Shown: one piece after another, positions 45,854-54,730 of the stretch
Position numbering within the stretch: the stretch's first letter is position 1
How the letters are laid out: each line of letters starts with the position of its first letter
Assembly (NCBI GenBank): GCA_022842945.1
Contig: JALHOO010000002.1
Location: 103,180-167,179 of the forward strand
Source: Minisyncoccota bacterium
Lineage (GTDB): Bacteria; Patescibacteriota; Minisyncoccia; Phycocordibacterales; Phycocordibacteraceae
Reading direction: 5' to 3'
Length of the DNA stretch: 64,000 nt
Program-made: the position numbers and the translations under genes
The notes under the pieces: model-generated
Told to the model about the DNA's origin: nothing
What the model saw: only the letters and a program-made list of their open reading frames with translations
Database searches by the model: none

Positions 45854-47203
45854 ATGAATCGGTTAGACGCACGAGAACTCTGGGAATACACCCTTACGCA
45901 AGTGGAACTCTCCATTTCACCCGCTAATTTCAATACCTGGTTCCGTGATAGTTCTATCGTAAAGATAGAGGATGGGATCGTATATATAGGCGTTCCAAGC
46001 CAATTCTTTCGGGACTGGTACCTGAAGAAGTTCAACATGCTTCTTCTTAAGATTATTCGCGGTGTCTCCCACGAGTACCGCAATATCGAATACATGATTG
46101 TGAAGGACGATCGTAGACGTCCTAAGGAAGTACGTCGCCAGCAGCAAGCAACAGTTGAGATGCCGCTTGATGAATTCTACATCAATAAGAGTGACGGCCT
46201 AAACCCACGCTATACGTTTGAGACGTTCGTGGTTGGCTCGTTCAATGAGCTGGCACACACCGCGGCGCAGGCGGCATTGAAGCGCCCTGGCATCATGTAC
46301 AACCCACTCTTCATCTATGGAGACACCGGAAGAGGGAAGACCCACCTTATCCAGGCGATAGGGAATCAATTCAAGAAGCTGTATCCCGGCCGTAAGGTGT
46401 TCTATTTAACTGCGGAAACCTTTGCGCAGGACTACATGAACTCTATTCAGGCGGGAAACACGAACCGCTTCAAGGAGAAGTACCGCCAGTACGATCTCCT
46501 TATCATGGACGACATTCAGTTCTTCTCGAAGAAGGATAAGACGCAGGAAGAGCTGTTCCATCTCTTTAACGCCCTCTACGACAACAACAAACAGATCCTC
46601 TTCTCTTCTGATAGGGCACCGGCTGCTATTCCAGACATTGCAGATAGGCTTCGTGGCCGCTTCGCCGCCGGTATGTCTATTGATATTGGCGAACCGGACA
46701 CTGAGAGCCGTATGGCTATTGTGCGCAAGAAGGCTGCCGCAAACGGCGTCATGCTCTCAGACGAAGTTATCGAACACATCGCAACCTCTATATCAGGCTC
46801 TATCCGTGAGCTTGAAGGTGTTATAAACAGCGTTGTTTGCCATACACAGGTTAAGGGCGTTCCACCAGACCTTGCTGAAGTGCGCCACTCTCTTCGTTCC
46901 TTCGCACGCCCTCAGAAGACGGTCTCGGTTAAGCATGTGGTCTCTAAAGTGGCTGAGTTCTACGGTATTGATGAGGAAAGTATCTATGAGAAGACGCGTA
47001 GAAGGGAGGTGGTGCGCCCGCGTCAGGTAATCATGTATATCCTTCGAGAGGATTTCAGCGTCTCGTATCCAACCATTGGCTCAAAGCTCGGAGGCCGTGA
47101 CCACACAACCGTTATCCATTCCTGTGAGAAGGTTAAGAGGGAGGTGCTTGTCGACCCGGATCTCGCAAAGGAGATTCAGGACATTAGAAGCCTGTTGGTA
47201 TAG
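45854..47203 (+). CDS. dnaA: chromosomal replication initiator protein DnaA
   Basis: AAA+ Walker A GDTGRGKTHLIQAIGN, and the C-terminal DNA-binding domain with the DnaA signature region. Confidence 0.95.
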   Translation: MNRLDARELWEYTLTQVELSISPANFNTWFRDSSIVKIEDGIVYIGVPSQFFRDWYLKKFNMLLLKIIRGVSHEYRNIEYMIVKDDRRRPKEVRRQQQATVEMPLDEFYINKSDGLNPRYTFETFVVGSFNELAHTAAQAALKRPGIMYNPLFIYGDTGRGKTHLIQAIGNQFKKLYPGRKVFYLTAETFAQDYMNSIQAGNTNRFKEKYRQYDLLIMDDIQFFSKKDKTQEELFHLFNALYDNNKQILFSSDRAPAAIPDIADRLRGRFAAGMSIDIGEPDTESRMAIVRKKAAANGVMLSDEVIEHIATSISGSIRELEGVINSVVCHTQVKGVPPDLAEVRHSLRSFARPQKTVSVKHVVSKVAEFYGIDEESIYEKTRRREVVRPRQVIMYILREDFSVSYPTIGSKLGGRDHTTVIHSCEKVKREVLVDPDLAKEIQDIRSLLV

Positions 47204-47415
47204 TTGGGGAAAACCTATGGATAACCTTCGGAAAAGCGCGGGGATATGCAGGGGAAAGAAGGGTTTCGGAATGGATAGTTTTGCACTATCCCCAGAACAT
47301 CTCGTTCAAACGAGACCGTCATCAACAGGATGTTTCAGGGTAAAGAGGGCACAAACCGCGTTCTTGCGCGCCTCCAGGGGTTGTCCCCGGTGTCCACACC
47401 CCTAATAATAGGACT
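47204..47415. promoter_or_regulatory. putative oriC segment: DnaA-box-like motifs and AT-rich stretch in the dnaA-dnaN spacer
   Basis: tatggataa (47215-47223, reverse complement TTATCCATA), gaatggatag (47269-47278), ctatcccca (47285-47293) and gtgtccaca (47390-47398) approximate TTATCCACA. AT-rich ctaataataggactatgattattactttagataag lies just before dnaN. Confidence 0.5.
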
Positions 47416-48516
47416 ATGATTATTACTTTAGATAAGAAAGAATTCTCTGAAGGAGTGCAGACGGTTGCACGCTTTGCAGAGCGACGGAGCGGTACGCTTC
47501 CAGTGCTCGCTGGTATCGCAATCATTGCAGGGGATGATGGCATCAAACTTCGGGCAACCAATCTCGAGACAGGTATTGATCTCAAGGTGGAGGGAACCAT
47601 AAAGAGCGACGGGGTTGTAGCGCTCCCCGCGAACACCCTTCGTGATATTGCCTCTTCTCTGTCAGGAACAGGCACTCTTACGCTCGAGCACACTGGCGAC
47701 ACGGTTCTCGTAAGCACCGGAAACGGGCGCAGTACGCTCAAGACCCTTCCGTTCGAGGATTTCCCTACACTTCCGCTTCCCGAGTCTCCACGAGCGAAAT
47801 TCGAGCTTCCAGGTGCACTTCTACGCTCTCTTGTTATGGCAGTCTCTCCCTATGCTTCCGTATCAACGGTGCGTCCTGAACTTGCTTCTGTTCTTATTAA
47901 GAGCGAAGGAAATATCCTTAAGGCTGTTGCGACAGATTCCTTCCGTCTTGCGGAGAAGAAGATATCGCTTTCAAGTGCGGTTGAGGAGTTCTCCATGCTT
48001 ATTCCCGCAAAGAATGCAGGAGATATTATGCAGACACTTCCAGACGAAACTATCTCCATCTCAGTTGATGAGCATCAGTGTGCCTTCTTCTGGAAGAAGG
48101 GCGTCCTTACAACCCGTCTCGTTACGGCAAACTATCCTGACTACACCCAGATTATCCCGAAGAGCTTTGTGTCTGAGGCAACAGTCCTCAAGAAAGACTT
48201 TGAGACAGCACTTCGCAGAACCGCTATCTTCTCCGATACGTTCCAGAAGGTACGTCTTGGGTTTGATGCAGGAGCTAAAGCAGTTGCGCTCTCTGCGCAG
48301 AATGCAGACGTGGGGGACTCAAACGAATCTATCCCTGCAGCAGTTACAGGTGACGCGGTTGATCTATCCTTCAACCATCGTTACCTCTCAGCTCCCATAG
48401 GAAGTATTGCAACGGAAAGCGTTACGCTATCTGCAAGCGGTATAGGACGGGCCATGGTTATGCGAGGAGCAGGGGACACATCATTCTTGTATCTCGTGAT
48501 GCCGATGAATCAGTAA
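47416..48516 (+). CDS. dnaN: DNA polymerase III beta subunit (sliding clamp)
   Basis: 366 aa, three-domain clamp organisation. Canonical position after dnaA. Confidence 0.9.
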   Translation: MIITLDKKEFSEGVQTVARFAERRSGTLPVLAGIAIIAGDDGIKLRATNLETGIDLKVEGTIKSDGVVALPANTLRDIASSLSGTGTLTLEHTGDTVLVSTGNGRSTLKTLPFEDFPTLPLPESPRAKFELPGALLRSLVMAVSPYASVSTVRPELASVLIKSEGNILKAVATDSFRLAEKKISLSSAVEEFSMLIPAKNAGDIMQTLPDETISISVDEHQCAFFWKKGVLTTRLVTANYPDYTQIIPKSFVSEATVLKKDFETALRRTAIFSDTFQKVRLGFDAGAKAVALSAQNADVGDSNESIPAAVTGDAVDLSFNHRYLSAPIGSIATESVTLSASGIGRAMVMRGAGDTSFLYLVMPMNQ

Positions 48517-48571
48517 GGTTCGATTTCTAGTCTGATACAAGAAAGGCCACGATATCGTGGCCTTTCTGCTT

Positions 48572-50770
48572 TTAGATATTCTCCTCTCGTTCTCTCCTGC
48601 GCTCTTCTCTGTCCAGGTCGCGCTGTTCTCTATCAGTTAATTCTTCTTCCGGAACCGTTGGTGTGGTGGTGGCAGTGTTCTGCATTGCCCCTGTCCACAT
48701 CTGTATCGGTGTTTCCCAGTACGCGAGCTGAGGATCGCTATATGGATTCTGCGGAGGGGCCCCTTGAGGATTGTTCTTGTTTGTTAAGAGAAGGAGCGAG
48801 TGCCATATAACTTGTCCGCGAAGCACCGCAGGAGCACTCTCAGGAATAGGGGGCGGTTCGTTGAAGTATTCCTTCGGAAGCTTTGCAAGGGCTACATCCA
48901 TGAACTCCCGCCACATAGGCGCAACAATGTATCCCGCAATCTCCTTAACCATTGGCGAGTTGTCGTTGTTTCCAGCCCATATCGCAACGGCGATGGTTGG
49001 GGAGTAGCCAACGGTCCACGCGTCACGTGACTCGTTTGTAGTTCCAGTCTTTGCGGCAACATCGTAGTCGCTGAAGGCGAGCGGGTTAACAGGGTTGTAG
49101 GACGGAATACGTGCCTGGTTGTCCGACATAATGTCTGCCATCTGGCGGGCAACACCCTGGTCTATCGCTTGCTCTGGAGCTGGGGTGAACTTCTCAATAA
49201 CACGCCCGCGCATGTCGCGAATCTCAAGGATACCAGTAGGGGGATTGCGCACACCGTCGTTCGCGAACACGCCCATAGCACTTGCCATCTGCAGTGGGGT
49301 AACCTCAGCGGCGCCCAGCGCAAAGGAAAGGCCATAGTCCTTAGAGGTGCCGAGGGTTGTGATGCCCATACGAGTTGAGAGGTTAATCACATTGTCGACG
49401 CCCGCAAGGTAGAGCGCCTTAACTGCGGGGATGTTTATGGACTGTGCGAGCGCAGTACGGAACGTCATTGGTCCGCGGAAGGTGAGGTCGTAGTTCTGAG
49501 GCGCGTAGCAGGGAGGCGTGCTGTTGCTGGTATCTGTTGGAGAACACGCCGTTGAGAACTGTGTCGGGACGTCGAAGATAACCGTCTCTGAGGTGTATCC
49601 GCGCTCAAGTGCAGTTGCGTACACGAACGGCTTGAAGGCCGACCCTGGTTGGCGGGTTGCAACCGCTACGTTGTAGTTGCCGGGAATAACTTCGTCGAAG
49701 TAGTCACGAGACCCCACCATCGAAAGGATTTGCCCGGTCTTAGGATCAATAGCAACGAGTGCCGCATTCGATGCGTTGTAACGAGTCGCGTTTGAAAGGG
49801 CACCCTGCTTGATGATGGTCTGTGCAGCATTCTGAAGATCCGTATCAAGGGTGGTTATAACGGTAAGACCCTGTGTAACTACGTCAGCGCCGTACTTCTG
49901 CTCAAGCAGCTGCTCAATGTAGAACACAAAATGTGGCGCGATAATAGAGTTGTTCTGCTGACGACTAAAGACAACAACTTCTCTCTGTGCAGCAACCTTC
50001 TCTTCCTCAGTTATGAATCCAAGAAGTTCCATGCGCTCAAGCACATAGTTCTTGCGAGCATCAAGCTCCTCACGGTTGTTTCCGTATGGAGAGTAGTAGG
50101 TAGGAAGCTGGGGAATAGCGGCGAGGTACGCGGCCTCGGAAAGCGAGAGATCGTTTGCACTCTTTCCATAGAACGCGCGCGCCGCAACTTCGGCGCCGTA
50201 GAGTGTACCGCCGTATGGGGTTACGTTGAAGTAAAACTCAAGGATCTGCTCCTTTGAGTAACGGTGCTCAAGCTTCCAGGCCAGTACCCACTCTTGAAAC
50301 TTACGAATAGGAGTCTTATCTCCCGAAAGAATGGTGTTCTTCACCACCTGCTGGGTAATAGTAGAACCGCCCTGTGCGAGCGACATGGTCTGAATATCAA
50401 CCCAAATGGCGCGCGCAATAGCCTTGAGAGAGACACCGCTGTGGGTGTAGAACTCTGAGTCTTCAATAGCGATAGCGGCCTGCTGGAGATTTGGAGAAAT
50501 CTCTGCGAGCGTAACCACGTTGCGGCGTACATCATGGTTAAGGTCATACAGGACTGTCTTTCCTTCACGGTCGTAGATCTTCGTAGACTGCGCCACCTTC
50601 CTTGAATCAAAGGAGTTCAAGTCTGGAATCGGCGTGAGTGCTGCCCAGAGGACACCCACACCCGCGAGTAGCATGAGGCCTCCAATACCTATGAAGATAA
50701 CGCGGAGTATGGGGTGCGGATTCTCAATGTGAGAACGAAGGTCGATTTTCTTTCGGGGGCGTTTAGGCAT
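48572..50770 (-). CDS. class A penicillin-binding protein (transglycosylase + transpeptidase)
   Basis: N-terminal TM; GT51 motifs (EDSEFYTHSGV, GGSTITQQ). Transpeptidase SxxK region (GSAFKPF), SxN (SIN) and KTGT motifs. Confidence 0.9.
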   Translation of the reverse strand: MPKRPRKKIDLRSHIENPHPILRVIFIGIGGLMLLAGVGVLWAALTPIPDLNSFDSRKVAQSTKIYDREGKTVLYDLNHDVRRNVVTLAEISPNLQQAAIAIEDSEFYTHSGVSLKAIARAIWVDIQTMSLAQGGSTITQQVVKNTILSGDKTPIRKFQEWVLAWKLEHRYSKEQILEFYFNVTPYGGTLYGAEVAARAFYGKSANDLSLSEAAYLAAIPQLPTYYSPYGNNREELDARKNYVLERMELLGFITEEEKVAAQREVVVFSRQQNNSIIAPHFVFYIEQLLEQKYGADVVTQGLTVITTLDTDLQNAAQTIIKQGALSNATRYNASNAALVAIDPKTGQILSMVGSRDYFDEVIPGNYNVAVATRQPGSAFKPFVYATALERGYTSETVIFDVPTQFSTACSPTDTSNSTPPCYAPQNYDLTFRGPMTFRTALAQSINIPAVKALYLAGVDNVINLSTRMGITTLGTSKDYGLSFALGAAEVTPLQMASAMGVFANDGVRNPPTGILEIRDMRGRVIEKFTPAPEQAIDQGVARQMADIMSDNQARIPSYNPVNPLAFSDYDVAAKTGTTNESRDAWTVGYSPTIAVAIWAGNNDNSPMVKEIAGYIVAPMWREFMDVALAKLPKEYFNEPPPIPESAPAVLRGQVIWHSLLLLTNKNNPQGAPPQNPYSDPQLAYWETPIQMWTGAMQNTATTTPTVPEEELTDREQRDLDREERRREREENI

Positions 50771-51035
50771 GATGCGAGCATAATATCACGAAGAATGGCC
50801 CCGTTTCGGGGCCATTCTGTACTAGATTGCGTCGTCTTCGGACTCTTCGTCCTCGTCGAGCAAATCTTCTTCCTCATCCTCCTCAAGTGGGAGATCGGCC
50901 CCTTCGAGCTCGTCGTCCTCACCCAAGATTTCATCGTCCATGATCATGGTACGGAAATTACGTTTATCATGCGTTCGCCTACGCGAAGCTTACGTAGTGT
51001 GTACAGAAGCCGGGAAGTTGGCAATGCCCCGGCAC

Positions 51036-51506
51036 TTACCCACGTGTGGACAGTGCACAAATAGCGAGAGCTATAGCATCAAGCTCATCATCAAGACGTT
51101 TCTTGGGCGGCAAAGATATAAGGCGAGGAACCATGCTTGCCACCGCCTTCTTATCAGCGTTCCCGTACCCCGTTACGGCGAGCTTCACCTGCTGTGGAGA
51201 GTGTTCAGACACCGAAAGTCCGGCCTCAGCTGCTGCAGACAATGCCGCGCCCCGAGCCTCAGCAACCCCCAAAGCACTTCGTTTGTTGTTGGTGCTCCAG
51301 AACAGGCTTTCAATAGCGACGCGATCTGGGGAGTGCTCCTGAATCGCCTCGGCAACAGCTTTATGCACAAATGCTAAACGGTCTTCAGTAGCTCCCTTTG
51401 GGGGGAGGGCACAATCGCTCCACACGTGCGTGGGGCGTGAGGGATCGCCCTCAAGGACCGCAAGGCCCATGCGATCGTATCCCGGATCAATAGCAAGGAT
51501 GCGCAT
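51036..51506 (-). CDS. ruvC: crossover junction endodeoxyribonuclease RuvC
   Basis: MRILAIDPGYDRMGLAVLE RNase H-fold start. Confidence 0.9.
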   Translation of the reverse strand: MRILAIDPGYDRMGLAVLEGDPSRPTHVWSDCALPPKGATEDRLAFVHKAVAEAIQEHSPDRVAIESLFWSTNNKRSALGVAEARGAALSAAAEAGLSVSEHSPQQVKLAVTGYGNADKKAVASMVPRLISLPPKKRLDDELDAIALAICALSTRG

Positions 51507-52075
51507 TAGTCTGTCTCGTCGCTCTCACTCGTCTCGTACCCGCGGGCGTTGGTGTAGAAGCGTTGCACATCGTCATGCTCGTCGAGGAGTTCAAATATCT
51601 TTCCTAGAGATTCTTCGTCGCTTTCTGAAAGGTCCATAAGGGGTTCGTTTGGAGAGAAGCTCCCGTCCGGGGACTTCTTGAACGCCCACGCAGCTGAACC
51701 TTGTGCACCAAGTTCGAACCCATTCTTTGTTATAAGGTGCTTTATTTCCTGTGTGGTGCGGTTCGTGTTGTCCGTGAGGGCATCAATGATGATGGCGGTG
51801 CCACCCGGCCCGTACCACTCGTAGACTACCTGTATAAGGTCGGTTGCGTCTTTGGATGCGCCCTTTGTTACCGCTCTTTCAATACTGTCCTTGGGCATGT
51901 TAACTGCCTTCGCGCGACCGATAGCGGTTGCAAGGCCTGGGGAAGAGGTGTCGCCACCTGCTTTCTTAGATTCTTGAGCAATGAGCTTCGAGAAGCGGGC
52001 GAACGTCTTTGACTTAGCTGCATCAGCAACGCCCTTCTGTCTCTTTATTTGTGACCACTTACTGTGCCCTGACAT
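51506..52075 (-). CDS. YebC/PmpR-family probable transcriptional regulator
   Basis: MSGHSKWSQIKRQKGVADAAKSKTF... is the characteristic YebC N-terminus. 189 aa is shorter than typical. Confidence 0.75.
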   Translation of the reverse strand: MSGHSKWSQIKRQKGVADAAKSKTFARFSKLIAQESKKAGGDTSSPGLATAIGRAKAVNMPKDSIERAVTKGASKDATDLIQVVYEWYGPGGTAIIIDALTDNTNRTTQEIKHLITKNGFELGAQGSAAWAFKKSPDGSFSPNEPLMDLSESDEESLGKIFELLDEHDDVQRFYTNARGYETSESDETD

Positions 52076-52169
52076 ATGAGAACACTATAACAAAGTCCAA
52101 AGGGGCTCCGGGTATTTGTATTAGAAGATTGATGATATGCTCTGCTCGGATTAGGAGAAGGGGTACAAA

Positions 52170-52565
52170 ATGCTTAGTTTCCTTAACGGACTACTTGATC
52201 GAGGTGTGTCGTTACCACAAAAAAGACACAATCTTGGCGACCTTCGCTACGGGTCGTATTACCTCGGACGTTTTATCTCCGAGGTAGAAAAGATCGCTGA
52301 CGGACTCTCAGGGCTTGGTCAGCCCATTAGCGCGGTTTTCGTGAAGGATCGTGGACTGGTCGAATTCCGTCTTCCCGCAGGCGAGGTGTACGCGGAACTT
52401 CGCATGGAGGGTTGTTGTTGTGAAGAAACAGATGCATATGTCTCTCCTGGGAACCTTCCCGAGTATGCGGTGCGTCAATTCTTTGTTCTCAAGTCACGCG
52501 TTAAGGTCCATATTGCAGACCGAGACAGATGGCGTGAGTATGGCAGCAGAGGCTCGTTCGCGTAA
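52170..52565 (+). CDS. hypothetical protein
   Basis: 131-aa ORF with no recognisable motif; contains CCC. Confidence 0.3.
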   Translation: MLSFLNGLLDRGVSLPQKRHNLGDLRYGSYYLGRFISEVEKIADGLSGLGQPISAVFVKDRGLVEFRLPAGEVYAELRMEGCCCEETDAYVSPGNLPEYAVRQFFVLKSRVKVHIADRDRWREYGSRGSFA

Positions 52566-52596
52566 CAAGGAATCATAGGGTCGCCATTTGGCGGCC

Positions 52597-53580
52597 CTAT
52601 TTCTTTTCCAAATACTCTTTGCCTTTCTCGGTGAGCATACGTCCGCGCGGAGAGCGCTCAATGAACCCAAGGCGCATAAGATATGGCTCATACACGTTCT
52701 CAACGGTGTCCGGGTCTTCGTGCAGTGCTGAGGCAAGTGCGCGAACTCCGGCAGGTCCACCTTTGAAAGCGTCACGCAGTGTTGAAAGATACCGTCGGTC
52801 GTCTTTGGTGAGACCAAGAGCATCGATGCCAAATAGCTCGCACGCAAGATCCGCCACTTCTGCAGAGAGGGGCTTGTTCTCCACCTGAGAATAATCACGC
52901 ACACGTTTAAGAAGGGCGTTTGCAACGCGGGGTGTGGCGCGACTTCGAGAGGCAACACGCTCAACCACTTCGTCCGGTGTATCAAGCCCGAGTACGCCTG
53001 CTGAGCGGCGGATAATACTGCGGAGATCTTCGTCTGTATAGAAATCCAGCTGGTACACACCTCCTCCAAAGCGAGAACGAAGCGGGGAAGAGAGCTGGGC
53101 CATGCGCGTGGTTGCACCAACGAGCGTGAACGGAGGAAGAGCAAGCTCAACCGTGCGTGCGGACGGCCCCTTTCCGAGAATAATGTCCAAAGACCCGGAC
53201 TCAAGGGCAGGATAGAGAAGCTCCTCTACCTTAGAAGAGAGCTGGTGTATCTCGTCGATGAACAATACAGTCCCTGGCTCAAGGTTGGTGAGAATAGATG
53301 CGAGGTCAGCGGCGCGCTCGATAGCCACACCCGAGGTCGACTTCAAGGGAGCGTCCAAAGACGCGGCCACAAGGTGGGCCAACGTGGTCTTTCCGACACC
53401 CGGAGGTCCATAGAAAAGGATGTGCTCAGGCATGTCCCCGCGCATCTTCGCCGCCTCTAAAACGACGGAAACATTGGCTTTTACGTGACCTTGGCCTACA
53501 TAATCGTCCCACGTAGCGGGACGCAGGGCACTATCGAGGGCCTGATCACGGAGCTTCGGTATCTCGAGGGGACTTGACAT
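52597..53580 (-). CDS. ruvB: Holliday junction branch migration ATPase RuvB
   Basis: Walker A LFYGPPGVGKTTLAHLVA, Walker B LFIDEIHQL, C-terminal winged-helix domain. Confidence 0.95.
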   Translation of the reverse strand: MSSPLEIPKLRDQALDSALRPATWDDYVGQGHVKANVSVVLEAAKMRGDMPEHILFYGPPGVGKTTLAHLVAASLDAPLKSTSGVAIERAADLASILTNLEPGTVLFIDEIHQLSSKVEELLYPALESGSLDIILGKGPSARTVELALPPFTLVGATTRMAQLSSPLRSRFGGGVYQLDFYTDEDLRSIIRRSAGVLGLDTPDEVVERVASRSRATPRVANALLKRVRDYSQVENKPLSAEVADLACELFGIDALGLTKDDRRYLSTLRDAFKGGPAGVRALASALHEDPDTVENVYEPYLMRLGFIERSPRGRMLTEKGKEYLEKK

Positions 53581-53825
53581 AAAGTTGCACTATGCTACCA
53601 TTCTATCACACCGGCTCTTTCATTAGGGCCGATTCTCTTTTCAGATCGTTCATAGCACCCTCTAGGCAAGGCTTGACGGCTTCAGGGCGTTTCCCCAAGG
53701 ACCATTTGGTACCGCGCTTGTTCGCGGCCCACTGGATGCATCCTCAGGCGACTCGTCCGCCTTTCCATTGCGGAAAGGAGTGCCTGGAGGGTACTGCGCA
53801 CGATCTGCAGAGAAGACGCAGGAAC

Positions 53826-53851
53826 AAAACGCACGCTACGGCGTGCGTTTT
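53826..53851 (+). terminator. intrinsic terminator inside the ruvB upstream spacer
   Basis: aaaacgcacgc tacg gcgtgcgtttt, an 11-bp perfect stem flanked by A- and T-tracts. Confidence 0.55.
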
Positions 53852-53892
53852 GTGTTATCAACCAACCCCAGAACCTGCTATCCTTATATCCA

Positions 53893-54074
53893 TGACGCCA
53901 GACCCCATACCTGAGCTATACGAAGAGACCGCAACGATGCTTTCAAAGGAGCATGCGGATGCGGCTGCAGAAATACGACAGGGAGCTATTGCCCTTCAGG
54001 AAGCAATTGCCGCACGCGGTGCGGGGGAGAAGCGCGCGTCGCTCCTTGCGCGCCTTTTTAATGGAAGCGTATGA
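53893..54074 (+). CDS. small hypothetical protein (60 aa)
   Basis: Coding-like C-terminal part of track ORF 53592..54074 (MTPDPIPELYEETATMLSKEHADAAAEIRQGAIALQEAIAARG...). The upstream 100 codons have non-coding composition. Confidence 0.25.
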
Positions 54075-54730
54075 GTTTTGAAGAAACACCATTCGATGCG
54101 TATGGCGGAGCTGATAAAGAATCAGTATCGAGTACTCTAACGCCAGAGAGTATCGAAGAGCATGCACAGACGCAGGAAACAATAATGAATGAGAGGGAGG
54201 CGGACCTTCTGCGAACGCTCGACACCATACAGCCTGAGACGCCAGATCAGGAGAGGATACTCGAAGCGCTCAAAGAGAGAACGCTCGCGTTGTCTGGACC
54301 CCGTCTTGATTTGAAGGTGGCAGCACAGACCGCCGCACTGTCTGTTGCGCTCGAAGGCATTCTCTCAGCAAATAGTATTGCGCCTGAAGGTGAGACATAT
54401 ACTGCACGGCTTCTCGCAAACAATCCTGAACTAACCGAGATGCTCATGCAGCGAATTCTTGGTGTTGCAGAAGGGGCACCGAAGTCGGTACTTATTGATA
54501 GTGCAAAAGAGGTACTAGCAGAAATGGAAGGATCAGACTCGAAGCTCTTTAAGGGACTTGCGCTACGTACTGCTGAGCGCGCTGCGCGAGCACTTATTAG
54601 TGCCAGCACGCTTGGTATAGGAACGGTTGTGTACGATTCTGCCAAAGACCTCTATATAAGCTTGCGCGAGAGAAGCGTGTCTCGCACGAAGCAGAGACTT
54701 ACGTCTTCAACTGCTATTCCGGCAGTCTAG
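54071..54730 (+). CDS. hypothetical protein
   Basis: 219 aa, acidic and helical. Overlaps the previous ORF by 4 nt (ATGA). Convergent with the second PilB-like gene. Confidence 0.35.
   Translation: MSFEETPFDAYGGADKESVSSTLTPESIEEHAQTQETIMNEREADLLRTLDTIQPETPDQERILEALKERTLALSGPRLDLKVAAQTAALSVALEGILSANSIAPEGETYTARLLANNPELTEMLMQRILGVAEGAPKSVLIDSAKEVLAEMEGSDSKLFKGLALRTAERAARALISASTLGIGTVVYDSAKDLYISLRERSVSRTKQRLTSSTAIPAV

Noticed and set aside
53592-53890. N-terminal 100 codons of track ORF 53592..54074
   Set aside because: Trp/His/Cys/Arg-rich composition unlike the rest of the proteome, and a strong terminator hairpin inside it. Only the last 60 codons look coding.
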